From contig CM035355.1 of the NCBI GenBank assembly GCA_020137815.1, forward strand, positions 4,340,001 through 4,404,000: a stretch of 64,000 bases of DNA, read 5' to 3'. A program made the position numbers and the translations under genes. Shown piece after piece: positions 1 to 13,306 of the stretch. The notes beneath the pieces were generated by a model. The model searched no databases, was not told where the DNA came from, and saw only the letters and a list, made by a program, of their open reading frames with translations. Origin of the DNA: Hormiphora californensis (Eukaryota; Animalia; Ctenophora). The first letter of the stretch is position 1. Every line of letters begins with the position of its first letter.

Positions 1-68
1 TAGACAAGATTACCGACCCCAAAAAACCATGTGGGATCCCTTCCCCCCAATGGTCGAGATTTTTTTTA

Positions 69-105
<37 letters not shown>

Positions 106-443
106 ACTTTGGTCGGCAGTACAAGCAACTTGATCAACAACTTATTAACAGGTTAGGGTTGTCATACTGATGTAACCATCACCTTCGGAGAGGGCAGTTA
201 TTTGTGAGACAAGTTAGGGATATAATTGTACCTAAGATCAGAGCTGCTTAATTTTGGTCTGCATAACATCGCTTGAACTGGTTAATTCTCTACTAGCTGA
301 TTAGGAATGCTAATAAGTTCATGTGTTATCTTGCCTGGCTAGACTGTGTTTCGGGCGCCACTTTACAAATGTAAAGGGAGGGTTAGAACATAACAAGTGT
401 TGTCACGTTCCTAAGAGAATGCTAATGTATTTTACTTCTCTAG

Positions 444-2124
444 AGAGTTGGTACGGGTGTTCGACTCCAATGATTCACTCTCCCAACTAAGGGCTCTGTC
501 TGTCCTGGAATACCTTGTACAACAGCACGAAGGTAATTTCTCTTGTTCTATCTCTCTCTCTTTCTCTCTCTCTTCATCCACTTCTCTCTCTCATCTCTCT
601 CTCATCTCTTCTCTTCATCTCTCTCTCGTCTCCTCTCTACTCTCTCTCTCTCATCTCCTATCTCTCTCTTTCTCTCTCATCGTCTGCAGTCTTCACTCTC
701 TACTCTCCGTCAGTCTCTCTTTCTCTCTCATTGTCTCTCATCTCTCCTCTTCCTCTCACTCTCTCTACTCATCTCGCGTCTCGCATCTCTACATCTCTCT
801 CTCTCTCTCTATCTCTCTCTCTCGTCTTCTCTCGTCTCCTCTCTCTCCTCTCTCTCTCTCTCTCTCTTTTCCCCTCCTCTCTCTGTCTTTTTCTCTCTTT
901 TCTTCTACCACGTAACACTCTTGGACAGGTGGATTACGGGAAACCTTCACGCCTTGTCTCCGCCGAATCGCAGAGTCGTCCAACAACGATTTAAACAAGA
1001 GAGCAGAGCGGATCCTTGGGAAACTATCAGAGCACCCAGCGACCAACACCCCAACTCCACAACCCAATCTACAATCTACACCACCTAACCGCCTAAACCG
1101 GCACATCATCCGGTTAGTAATATTGGGAGAGGTATCTTATATTGGGAGAAGTATCTGATAGTCAACATCTTAGATCATCTATTACGAGAGTGTGGGTTGT
1201 GAATAGTGGGGTGATCAAGAGCAGGGGTGGCGGAATAATGTTTGATTGTGGTTTGTGAATTGGTAATGAAATTCCCCCTCTGTGCTAGCTCACGGAGGGT
1301 AATAAATATTCTCTTGTACGGCGGGAAAAAAATTCCTGTGTCAAACTACACAAACGAAAGTTCTAATTTTTTGAACATACCGAGGGAAATTGTCTGAGCT
1401 ACCATTACATACCGTAAATTTATCGATATTTATGGCCATTAACACTGTTTTTGTTTTGGAAAACTATGAAGATGCTGGAATTTGGCTACAAAAACCTTCA
1501 GAAATGTGCAACATGCCATTCCCAAGGTATTAGGTGGATTCATTGTATAACTAAGCTTATAGTCGAGTCAGAAAAATTCCCAGATTGAATTTTATGCCCA
1601 TATAAGGAGTTTCACACACCTCTGTTGTTTAAACATGTGGTGTAAATCGCTACCGGTCGTTACTTTTCTGTAGAATTCAGGTCCTGGGTTACTATACAAA
1701 CTAGTACCATACGTTTTGTTGGTATCGGCAAGACAACCGCACACGTCGTTTAGAGTATCAGAAGGGGCTTGTGGGCCCTTTTTTATAGGCGGCGCCCAAA
1801 GCGTTATCACTGAGCACCTGAAGGAAGTTGTAGTCTACACTACATAGTTCTAGCTCAGGGGTTTTAGCCGCGCACAGGGCGACACCGAGACCAAAAATTC
1901 TCGTTACTTTCGCTGTTTCTTTTGACAAACAAGTTTGCGATAGCGGCCAATAAGCTGGCGGTTTCAAACCTTCCGTCCGAATTCGGAGGGATGATTAGCA
2001 GTTCAGAGTGTTTCACAAACCAGGNNNNNNNNNNNNNNNNNNNNNNNNNNNNNNNNNNNNNNNNNNNNNNNNNNNNNNNNNNNNNNNNNNNNNNNNNNNN
2101 NNNNNNNNNNNNNNNNNNNNNNNN

Positions 2125-2156
<32 letters not shown>

Positions 2157-2698
2157 GAGAGACTACTACATACTATTGTTTCAGGGCAATATCAAGAGGA
2201 GTACCTACACCCCCAGAGGGTGGTCCCTCCTCCCATCGTATAGCTGACTCATTCTATCCCCAGTGGGTAAAAGTGTGAGATGCCGGGGTGGTTGCCCAGG
2301 GTGAGTCAGGGTGAGTTTCATATTTTAAACCTCTAGTTTATTATCTGTGTTAATTTTAATGCATGGAAAGATTCCCTCAATACCTCCTTTTATGGTTGTT
2401 GCATAGTTTGCAGCGAAAAATAGTGAGAAATAGTTTTAAAACATACCCGATAGCTGAAGACGTGAAACACAGTGTCTCGAGATAGCGAGCCGTCTGTCAA
2501 GTTATTGATTTAGTACCATTATATCGTTGTCTATCTTGTTAATACCCGGCCATTTCAGAAGATAACCAAGTGATTGGTGACCACCACCTCCTCCCTCACT
2601 ACCCCATCTCCCAGCCTCCCTCAACTCTCTTACAACAGAGACACTCATCGTCCGAACAGCAGCTTGGAGCTGTACACTTGACCGATCTACATGCATGA
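444..2698 (+). CDS. 3' exons of an unidentified gene (alpha-helical VHS/ARM-like segment followed by a Pro/Ser-rich tail); 5' end outside window
   Basis: GT-AG exons 444-532 and 929-1112 join in phase: ELVRVFDSNDSLSQLRALSVLEYLVQQHEGGLRETFTPCLRRIAESSNNDLNKRAERILGKLS...; exon from 2185 continues the frame to TGA 2276-2278; a possible further exon is 2559-2698. An N gap lies in the intervening intron. Confidence 0.5.
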
Positions 2699-2810
2699 AG
2701 GAGGGGGAAGAGGGCCAGATGGAGAGAGAAGAGATAGGGTTAGACCGAATGTGGAGAGAGAGAGGGAGAGGAGAATACCCCTCAGAGGAGAGATGGCGAG
2801 ACTGGGACGC

Positions 2811-2873
<63 letters not shown>

Positions 2874-3012
2874 GAGGAAAGAGAGGATGAGAGAGAAGAG
2901 AGAGAGAGAAGGAGAGAGGAGAGATAGATAGATAGATGCCAGAGCTGCTTTATATAATTGCATCTAATTATATATGCATGATTATTAATCACCGATCTCC
3001 TCTCCTCCGCAG

Positions 3013-3993
3013 TTGCCAAGTTCACAGAACAGTATCACACTCCATTACACTCCTCAACTACTCCTTTACACTCCTCTACTCCCCCTCTCCACTCCTCAAC
3101 TCCCCCTCTACAGCGAGTGGATCAGCGCTGGCAACCGTTCCTCCCCTCCAACACCCGACCGCCCACACAACAACAACAGAGACCATCCAACGCGACCTTT
3201 GAGAGATGGGTAAGGAGGTTCCATCCTGAAATCCTCCAAAAAGTCAGAGCCTCGGAGGTAGTTGATGTTGAGTTATCTCACGATTTGGCTGAGGAGTGGC
3301 TACGGGATTTCAATCTTGAGAATGTTATTAGTGTTTCTTCGTTGAGTGAGGCAGAGGGGATTGTATCAGCGTGGATCCGGGAGTTTCAGGAGAGTCGACA
3401 GGAGCTAACCCAGGGTGTGCAAGTAGAGGAGTATGTGTTCGGGGCAGGAGAGGAGCGGATAGGGGAGGTGAGGGTAGGGGATGTTAGGGGAGGAGAGGAG
3501 CGGATGGGAGAGGTGAGGGTAGGGGAGGTGAGGGGAGGAAGTGTGGAAGATGGAATTGACAGTATATCAAGAGGTAATTACGTGTTTCACTGTCAGTCCA
3601 ATTGTCAAGTAATATAGCACACGCCCGGCCCGGTTCAGAGAGGGCAGTCTTTTGTGAGACAATACAAGTCCAACACTGATTGTATAATCGATAGTTCTAA
3701 CACCCTAAAAATTGTTTCTCTATCAGGAAGATACTTGAGGCCAAGACCGCATATTACGAGATCCTTGTCCAGAGAGATACCTCAAACGGTGAAGCATGGT
3801 TCTACCTAGGGGTCTGTCATCAGCAGAGAGAAAACGAGAAGCAGGCAATAGCTGCATTTACCAAGTATGGTAATCTCCTTTATAGACCTCTAATAATAGG
3901 AGTCTTTTTGTCTCTTTATCCCACATTATCTTTCAGCTTTCTCTATCTGTCTCATCTTCTTCCCTCTCCTCCTATATCTCTCTATCTCTCTAT

Positions 3994-4029
<36 letters not shown>

Positions 4030-4690
4030 GCTCTCCTCTCGCTCTTCTCGCTAAATTTCTCTCATCTCATCTCTGTAGTTTGTACGTCATCTGACACTGT
4101 TCTTCTCTGTTCTCTTCTTTAAAATTTTTAGCCGGCTGATTTCCTTTCTCACTTCTTTTATTTCAATTTCAGTGGTAGTTAATATCGTTTACCCAGGGAC
4201 CAGTGAGTAGTTATGGTTTCTAATGTTCTACCCCCTTATATTCGCCCCGGGATTCCCACCAGTGTCCTTCCCCAAGATGAATGCTACGCTTCAGCTCAGC
4301 TCAGTCTTGCTGCCAGTCTGCAAAATGAATACCAATCCATCTCTGCTATTCGATGTCTTGATTAAAACTGGTTGAGACATTTGGGCGCAAATTTCAAATG
4401 CAGTTTCAGGTAAGAAGGATCAAGATTAAATACAGTTGACCAGTGAATGGCTTTGATCTACCGAACCCTCACAGAGTAGCTTGTTAGCTGAAAAAATGGT
4501 TCAGTTCCTAATTAAATTCTCCCATTTTTTGCTTTTCCGTTTTTTATTTCGAGCAAGGATCTATCTGCCCCGACAGGCAGGTCAATAACTACAACGGCTG
4601 AACTGAAAACTACCCTCCTGTCTCTTTCTTCCCCCTCCCCTGATGTAGAACTGTGTACTGCACTGGGGATTACCCTGTTCTCTCGAAGAG
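3013..4690 (+). CDS. PEX5: PEX5-like peroxisomal targeting signal 1 receptor, fragmentary/error-containing model
   Basis: Exon 3013-3573 has three WxxxF pentapeptides (WVRRF, WLRDF, WIREF). Exon 3727-3864 encodes a PEX5-type TPR (EILVQRDTSNGEAWFYLGVCHQQRENEKQAIAAFTK). About 4270-4408 gives SAQLSLAASLQNEYQSISAIRCL..NWLR and about 4639-4690 gives PDVELCTALGITLF. Phase breaks and one stop are present; first exon and last TPRs not found. Confidence 0.65.
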
Positions 4691-4817
4691 TTTTGTTTAT
4701 TTTCTCACATCTCCTGTTCCAGTTTCACCCAATGGCTACAAAGGGTTAATATATCAAGATATATCGGTCTAGATGGGGCTGACATTGACAGCTGGTTGTA
4801 ACACCATGTGAGACACC

Positions 4818-7800
4818 ATGACTGAACATTGGTCCAAGTTCAAGAAGTTGACCCTGAAACTTATCAAGTCAGGTACATTAGCCAATCTCTCTGCACCCTG
4901 TCGGTTCGATCCCGGCCCTCGGCCCACTCTTTTCCTTCAGACCTCATGTTCATGATAACTTTACACATACAATACATATAATGTTACCAGTTGTTACTCC
5001 CTGTCATGACGTCACACTATTGTATATACATTAGCCTGTGCTAAGTGGAAATTTGAATTAGAGTTAGGAAAAATAGCACACCCCGGCCCAATATACATCT
5101 CACATGACACATGTGTTACTGTGTAATATTATCATGACATGTTACAGGGGAGGAGACACTGGATGTAGAAAAGATAAAGGAAGTAAAAAGTTTGTGCAAA
5201 ACGGGCCATTTGGACATGACTGATGTGTTTGATTTCCTCATGAAGCATCTTAATACAGCACACGCTCAAATCAGGCTTTCAACTATCCAGGTTAGAGGAG
5301 GGGGTGTTGCCATAGTGACTCAACTATCCCGGTTAGACTCTGGGGGGGGGGGTTCCAACCTATTTCGTGTACGTTTGTACGGAAAAAAACACGGGTTTCC
5401 TCAAACAAAAAAATACAAAAAAATACAAAAAAATACAAAAAAGTACAAAAAAATACAAAAAAATAAAAACAGTTTTATATGGTAATTTACCATTATTGTT
5501 CGAACTTTTACTGTTTTTAAACATTCTTCCGCGCTATTTCACGCAATTTAGCACAAAATATATACATATTTTACATATGTAGCATGCCAAAATCGCGAGA
5601 GAAATTTCCCCGAATCGCAATTTCTTACCGAGAAAATTTTCTCGAATCGTATTTTCTAAGCGAGAAATTTCCCCGAATCGCAATTTCTTACCGAGAAAAT
5701 TTTCCCGAATCGTATTAACTAAGCGAGAAATTTCCCCGAATCGCAATTTCTTACCGAGAAAATTTTCTCGAATCGTATTTTCTAAGCGAGAAGTTTCCTC
5801 GAATCGCAATTTCTTACCGAGAAAATTTTCTCGAATCGTATTTTCTAAGCGAGAAATTTCCCCGAATCGCAATTTCTTACCGAGAAAATTTTCTCGAATC
5901 GTATTTTCTAAGCGAGAAATTTCCCCGAATCGCAATTTCTTACCGAGAAAATTTTCCCGAATCGTATTTTCTAAGCGAGAAATTTCCCCGAATCGCAATT
6001 TCTTACCGAGAAAATTTTCTCGAATCGTATTTTCTAAGCGAGAAATTTCCTCGAATCGCAATTTCTTACCGAGAAAATTTTCTCGAATCGTATTTTCTAA
6101 GCGAGAAATTTCTCCAAATCGCAATTTCTTACCGAGAAAATTTTCCCGAATCGTATTAACTAAGCGAGAAATTTCCCCGAATCGCAATTTCTTACTGAGA
6201 AAATTTTCTCGAATCGTATTTTCTAAGCGAGAAGTTTCCTCGAATCGCAATTTCTTACCGAGAAAATTTTCTCGAATCGTATTTTCTAAGCGAGAAATTT
6301 CCCCGAATCGCAATTTCTTACCGAGAAAATTTTCTCGAATCGTATTTTCTAAGCGAGAAATTTCCCCGAATCGCAATTTCTTACCGAGAAAATTTTCCCG
6401 AATCGTATTTTCTAAGCGAGAAATTTCCCCGAATCGCAATTTCTTACCGAGAAAATTTTCTCGAATCGTATTTTCTAAGCGAGAAATTTCCTCGAATCGC
6501 AATTTCTTACCGAGAAAATTTTCTCGAATCGTATTTTCTAAGCGAGAAATTTCTCCAAATCGCAATTTCTTACCGAGAAAATTTTCTCGAATCGTATTTT
6601 CTAAGCGAGAAATTTCTCCAAATCGCAATTTCTTACCGAGAAAATTTTCTCGAATCGTATTTTCTAAGCGAGAAATTTTCCCGAATCGCAATTTCTTACC
6701 GAGAAAATTTTCTCGAATCGTATTTTCTAAGCGAGAAATTTCCCCGAATCGCAATTTCTTACCGTTTATGTATAGCTGGGTTTATGTTCATGTATCTATG
6801 TATTATTTATACTTTTTTCACGCACCCACATCCTTCATTATTTTTTTGTATTTTTTTGTACTTTTTTGTATTGTTTGTATGGAAAAAAACAGGAATTTTG
6901 GATACTTTTATGTATGGTCCGTACGAAAAAATACAAAAAAATACAAAAAAATAGGTTGGAACCCCCCCACTCTGGGGGTTGTCATGGTAACAAACGGTGA
7001 TTTCTGATGAAGGAGTTGTAACGGCCCTGCACTAATATCTAGGTGCTGCATGAGCTGATATTGCGTAGTCAGGTGGTACGAGAGCTGGCCTGGGAGCGCC
7101 TACAAATCATAGTTTCCCTTACCCTGGCCCTGGAACCGGGGGAGAAGCTTCCACCTCCCACATCCACTCACAAACTACTGACAGTGAGTTTAAGTTGGAA
7201 TGCATTTGAATATTTGAATATTTCAACGTGCTACTGCATGGCCCCACTCGAATTCTCTTGAAATATCCCTTGAAATTTTTCTCAATATAGAATTTTAGAA
7301 TTTATTTATTGACTTGGGAAAATAAAAGCGCTTTAACTCCCATTATAATATGCATTTGCCATTATGTACTAGAGCTAGTCTTTATGCATGGTTAACATAT
7401 TTATAAAAGAACCCACGGCCCACGCCCCACACGAATTGTTCTCCGAATTTGAAATTCTATTATGCTAGCTTGAATTTTGTTTGATTGTCCAGCTCGATAT
7501 GAGTCTAAGACAAATTGAGACTCGTTGGATTTCATGATTAATAATTTTCGCCGTACGACGGCATCATCAGCTAGGAAATAGAAATAGTTTATTAATTAAT
7601 AAATTAATGGAATGTTAAACTTTTAACCTTTGGTAACCATGGAAATGTGTTTGTCATCTTGTCAACCTTTAAACCGTTTCTTTACCCTTAGGAAACTGCG
7701 ATCCGGAATATTGACTTATGGCACGAGAAGTTTGGGCAATATTACCCTAAGCTAAGGGTCTCCTACCGGTTCCTGCAGACCAAGCGAAATGTTGACTTCA

Positions 7801-9200
7801 AGGCGTTAATTGCCCGCTCTGATCTCGAAGAGGAAAAGGAGAGGAAGAGGAGAGAAGAAGAGAAAAGGGCAGCTGAATTCCTTGTTGAGAGACGGTTACA
7901 AGCATTCGAGGGACAGAGAGATGCATTCAAAGATTGTGTGTTTGAGTGCAAAACGTGTTTTGATTTACTGAGTTCGTTTGTGAGTAAGGCGGGTGAAGAC
8001 CATCCTGTCAGTAAGTCGGACCAAGACCATCTCGTTAGTACAGCTGATCCAGACTCAGAAGATGCCAAGCTGCCGTCTCTTTCCAACAGTGCCACGTCAT
8101 CATCTCCTTCACCAAGCTCTTCGGCAGACAAAAACAAACAAACTCCCAGTAAAGTTGTCCCTCAATCTCCTAAGTTAGTTCTCAAGGAAAGTGCCGACAA
8201 TGCTTCCATTATCCAGACTCTAGAGGACCGGGTTCGACAGATTAAAAAGGGGTATCTTCCGAAGTTAGATCACTGGCTCAGTGAGATGGTTCGAAATGCT
8301 GCGGAACAGAAACAAGTTCTGCCAATTCTAAGAACAAAGGAAAAGCTTGTTGCTGTGCTGACCCGGTGGGAAAGGGTTCAAGTGATTCGGTCCGGGAAGA
8401 GAAGGAGGAGGATTGTGTACCGGCACGCTGACGATGAGAACGATGAGGATTTTGAAGAAGTTGATGATGAAGAAGTGCTCGCTGGGATTCCAGAACAGGA
8501 CAGGATGGAAGTCGCCATGAAATTGTCCTCCAGAAAAGGCAAAGAGAAGGCTGTAAAAGGACCGAAAGATAATGACAGTTCAGGTCCCTCTAAACTACCA
8601 GAATCGAACTCACCAAAAAGTAAGGCTACTAAAAGAAAACCGATAGTTCCCCCTAAGAAGTCTCAGAAGGAGAGGGATGAGGAAGATCTCGCACTTCACA
8701 AGCAGTCACTCCTCCGATTCGAGTCGTGTCACCGTTTCTGGGCCACCAAGGAATTCGACGCAGAAGATTTGGACATTGAGACGGTCCGGGCGTTAAACCC
8801 AAGCTATACCACAGTAGAGGGGGTGTTTGAGCCTGTAAAATGGTCGTGTAGAGCGCCAATGGGGGAGGGGAAGTTGTGTCCTAGGATGGATCGGGTGAAG
8901 TGTCCTCTTCATGGTAAAGTCATACCACGGGATGGAAACACAGGAGCACCAATGGACGGGGCCACGGAGAAGGAGAAGTGCAGTAGGAAACCGAAAAGAC
9001 TTCATTGGAGGGAGTTGGAAATTGGTGGAGAGAATCAGCGGAAGAAAAGTAAACTTGTAAGTGTCTCAAAAGTTAAACAGCCTGCCACTGCAAAGGGAAG
9101 GCTGGAGAAAAAGTTGGCGAAATCATCATTTCATGTTGATAAGGAATCAGGACAGGACGGATTTGATCAGCAGTACAATTATGTTGTATCTTTGAAGTAA
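4818..9200 (+). CDS. UVSSA: UV-stimulated scaffold protein A (about 615 aa)
   Basis: Phase-consistent exons 4818-4872, 5148-5290, 7043-7183, 7692-9200. N-terminal VHS-like region (HAQIRLSTIQ, LPPP, WHEKFG..KL...YRFL...NVDF) and C-terminal zinc motif WSCRAPMGEGKLCPRMDRVKCPLHGKVIPRD. Confidence 0.92.
5346..6968. mobile_element. Non-autonomous TIR element (Mutator/Merlin-like) carrying an internal satellite, in UVSSA intron 2
   Basis: TIRs gggggggttccaacctattt / aaataggttggaaccccccc; best-fitting TSD actctgggg (9 bp; 5337-5345 and 6969-6977); subterminal (caaaaaaata)n repeats near both ends. Confidence 0.7.
5597..6763. repeat. 63-bp tandem repeat, about 18.5 copies (31+32 bp dimer containing the palindrome cgagaaaattttctcg)
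   Basis: Unit cgagaaatttccccgaatcgcaatttcttac+cgagaaaattttctcgaatcgtattttctaag read directly; explains the 406-aa 21-mer-repeat ORF on the minus strand. Confidence 0.95.
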
Positions 9201-9878
9201 AATGTGCGTACAAATGTGCGTGAAATTGTTATCATTTTATATTAAATCGCTCTGCTGATCTATGGGAGAATATTAATGTGTCAATAAACTATAGTTTATT
9301 GACACATTAATGAAGGTTGGATATTGGCTGACAGATACAAGCTGGCAGATAGATTTTGGCCAATCAGAGCGGTTGTACGCACGCTGATTGGCCAATGGCC
9401 GAATATTAATGAAGTTTTAGTTAGCTCCTGTCGAACCAGAGAAATATGTATTATTTGAACTAATGAAATATGTTAAAGCTAAACGGAATATTAATATTAT
9501 TGAGTGCTTCCTGGGAACTGTGAGTGACAAGCGTCAGGGGAAATAATTTGTCCATTTCCATGCCACTTCCCACGAGGTGCTACTATAATAATCTTTATCC
9601 CATTTGACATGTTTCTTGGTACTGTGAGTGACAAGCGTCAGGGGAAATAATTTATTTGTCCATTTCCATACCACTCATAAATAATTTCCATGTCACTTAG
9701 AATGATTCCCACGAGGTGCTACTATAATAATCTTTATCCCATTTGACATGTTTCTTGGTACTTGGTTCTACTTTAGCGGTGATTGCTACCACATACAGAA
9801 GTCAACTTAGCGTTTCAATTTATAGAACTTTTAATGAAATATATAAATAAATACCCTTCAAACTACTACTGTATAGAC

Positions 9879-12800
9879 ATGTCATTGGCGGAATTGGATA
9901 AAATGTCGGGGGAGCCCCCCTTATCAAAGTGGCAGTTCGTACTTGACGCTTCCAGTGGAGCGACTCTGAGAAGCCTCTCAGCTATGGTGTGTCGAGTTTT
10001 GCTGACACCCGACATTGTAAAGCATTCGGAGGTGCGTTTTATTGGGTAAATTGTGAAAAATTGAAAGGAGTGAATAGTGATATACTGGGTAAATTGTGAA
10101 AAAAGGGGGCGGTTAAATATATACTGGGTTTAATATCGAAAGCATTCAGAGGGACGATATCGGTATCGACTGTAGGCAAATTTAAAGTACTTATGTACAG
10201 AGAGAGAGAGGTGTTCAGACGGTGCGTTATCAGGGGTGCAAGACACTGGGAATTGTTTAAAGGGGCGTAGTTGGGGTAAGTAGTGGGACAGTTTTTTTGG
10301 AAAAGAGGTTTAAAATTATACTGATAACAATCAAATTATATATAAGCACACTGTGGTAATAAATTAAACATACAATAAATTTATATCTATACTACTTGAA
10401 TAACAAGGTGTAATTGTCTAGTAGTGGAACAGTCAGAGGGTGGGCAGGTATTGTACTGGGTAGTTTTGAAAGCTAATGTCTGTTGCAGATCGATAAGTTA
10501 CAGATAGCCCTGCAAGTGTGCTCTTTCTATAACCAGGTATTCGATAACAAACAAACAAACAAACAGACAAACAAACAGACAAACACACAACAAAAGCAAA
10601 CAAAAGCAAACAAACACACAAACAAACAAACAAACAAATAAACAAACAAACAAACAAACAAATAAACAAGCAATAAAAAAGCAAACAAACAAACAAACAA
10701 ACAAACAAACAAACAAACAAACACACAACAAAAGCAAACAAAAACACAAACAAACAAACAAATAAGCAAACAAACAAACAAACAAACAAACAAACAAACA
10801 ATTAAACAGACAAACAAATAAACAAGCAAACCAACAAACAAACAAACAAACAAACAAACAATAAACAAACAAACCACCAGGTAAAGGATGAGGAAGCAGC
10901 TCAAAATATCATGGTCCTCCTTCTGGACTGTGCCGCTAAACATAAGGTTAGTTTTCTAACTGGGAGGTCTAATCATAGCGCTGACAAGCGCCCGGGCCCA
11001 ATCCTCCCTCCCCCAAGTTTAATTTCCATTAATAACATCCGGTTTCGCAACATTAACAGTATTTGACCCTGATATACCGGGCACCCCGATTTACCGTGCA
11101 AAACCCTTTCCCCAAGCATAAATAAATTGCGGGCCTCCTTGATCTACTTTTCACCTTTCCTCATCCTTTAGGAATGAAATTACCCCTCTGCGTTATAATA
11201 GCTCACATATGCAATATAATAACAGGGGTGACTTCGTAACCAACCTCATCCTTTAGGAATGCCTTCAGTTTGTCGGATTTCTAACTTCCGTGGCAGCTTC
11301 CTCCCGATGCCGTCTTTTTCTACAGACATTCTCCCTGCAGACGGGACAACCAAAGGCAAGGGAGAGCATTTGTCAGGTACAAGTTCGAGTGTATCCTAGG
11401 ATATTGTACCGTACAATTTCCGTTGGAAAATACGGCCCCCTTGGAAATTTTCCTAGGAGGCACTCACTCACGATCTCCATAAGTGCCGACCTCATTGCGT
11501 TAGAGATATAGTTCTTTGTGGGATTTTCCCAGGCACCCTCTAGCAGAAGAACAAGAAGAGGGAGGTACGATTTACCAAGTGAACGAAATTATTTACCTCG
11601 TCTTGCTTGACCTTCATTCACCTCGCCTCCCACGACGGTAGAAAATAGAAATGCGGCAGACCGTTTAATATGAAATAACAGTTGGAATATATATTCAACA
11701 AAATACCCTTCAGTGTGTTCTCGATGATAACTGTGTCCACTCAAAGAGCTACTCGGACCTCTTCTCCCTGTACCGGGCCGCACCCCAGTTTATGCTGATG
11801 ATGCTACGTCATGCACTGAATCGAGTTGTGGAAATAATTAAAAACAGGGTAAGTCATTGGTCATTTAGTTAAACACTAAACAGCTCCGATAACCGACATT
11901 ACGTGATCTACCAAATTATATAACCCTGCTTACCAGTGTTATATATATATTTTCACGTGAATTAGGTTAGTGTCGGGTGTGGGAGCTATTTAACTAAATA
12001 ACCATGGTTACTAAATATTAAATGGTGACATGGTGACGACACTGTGACAGAATATATTTCCAGAATAGTGACATGTGCCATAGCTCAAATCAAGCTCAAT
12101 AAATTCGCTGTTAAAGAGCTTTCAAGAGTAACTGTGTGGTTGTCATGGTAACATGATTGTTTCACAGTGTTGCCTTGGTAACATGATTGTTTTCCACAGG
12201 AATCACAGCCCTACTTCTCATCCCTCCTGGACTTCTCCCTGTCCCTCTGCCAGCAGCAGGAAAGCACACTGAGTGACCCTGGTGTGTTCTCCGCCGCACT
12301 CTTTGTTTCTGTATCGCTGGAGGGCAACGAGCAGGCGGAGAAAGTTTTTGCTGCCATTTTCAAAAGGGCCTCAGCTAAAGAATCCTCGGTATGAGACTTG
12401 TTAAATTTTGGGGAATTTTGCGAAGGGACTAGAGAGATTGAGTTGTCAGATTCATCCTGGGAGGTGGTTTAATAATTAAAGTCTTTAAGTAAAGATCGTG
12501 ACAGAAAACGATGTTATTATATGGGAAAAAAGCGTGGCAAAAAACGAGTTTTGGAGAGGTGACTGTGCCACCAAGGAAAGATCTAAATTCCATTCTACAG
12601 GTTAAGTTCACATATCTCAAAGAGGTTGCAAAGTCCTTAACGGAGGCGGCATCGGAGAAAAACGGGAGGAAACCTTCAGACGCATCAAAGGACAGATTGA
12701 ATCAACTGATTTTAGTCTTGTCGCATAACAAAATAAAAGATGGTATGTAGTTGAGAACATGACCCGTCTGAATCAATATTTCAAGCCCATTCGAGATGTA

Positions 12801-13201
12801 TCAGGTCTGTATTATACAGACTAGACTTGATATACAGTGAATAGTATCATGCGTGCTCTAATATCCCTGTTTCTCTGCAGAAGACATTTCAACAGTGGTA
12901 CCTTTAATTCAGCGAACTGAGTAAGTAATAGCGTTGTCCCCCTCCCCAGTTTTACGTCACTGTGGTAACCAGAAACCTTTTCTACCTTTTCTACCTCTCT
13001 CCACCTCACCCGCCTTTCTTTTGACGTACATCGTTCTTCCTGTATCTCTGCATTCTGCAGTGTTTCACTTTCTGCTTTTCTGCACATCTACCATTATATT
13101 TCTTGTTAAATCACACCTTATCTGACTTTTCATCTTATCACCTCCTACTTTCACACAGGTTTGGAGAGATGCTGTTACAAACGTTAGAAAGAGCCTCGTG
13201 A
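9879..13201 (+). CDS. Uncharacterised 280-aa, probably all-helical protein (8 coding exons)
   Basis: GT-AG exons 9879-9986, 10881-10946, 11257-11376, 11714-11848, 12200-12388, 12601-12742, 12881-12920, 13159-13201 join into one open frame of 843 nt (MSLAELDKMSG...FGEMLLQTLERAS*). No family recognised. Confidence 0.78.
10545..10875. repeat. (CAAA)n imperfect microsatellite; a similar tract lies at 24665-24835
   Basis: Direct reading; source of spurious FVCL-repeat ORFs. Confidence 0.95.
11168..11243. mobile_element. Mini-MITE family (65-80 bp; ends ttggta.gaaattacccc / ggggt.a.ttcg.aaccaa) with 9-bp TSDs; other copies 17440-17504 and 20161-20239
   Basis: TSDs cctcatcct/cctcatcct, tacaaaaac/tacaaatac and gcttttagc/acttttaga flank the three copies. 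Confidence 0.6.
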
Positions 13202-13306
13202 CGGGAGGTGTTTGCTGTTTTTTATTTGATTTCACGTTTGATAAAATATATTCATTTAAATATTCACATTTTTATTGAAATATAATAGCTTTCATCTCAC
13301 ACAATA

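Noticed and set aside
448-1109. Ser/Leu- and Arg/Glu-rich ORFs here and at 2502-3025, 33739-34254, 39007-39273, 41630-41924
   Set aside because: Produced by (CT)n/(GA)n microsatellites.
3200-3330. SAM-like domain in ORF 3117-3617
   Set aside because: Better explained by PEX5 WxxxF motifs followed by TPR exons.
5534-6754. 406-aa repeat ORF as a protein-coding gene; array as a CRISPR
   Set aside because: It is the translation of a 63-bp satellite with no ATG start or splice context, and there are no unique spacers.
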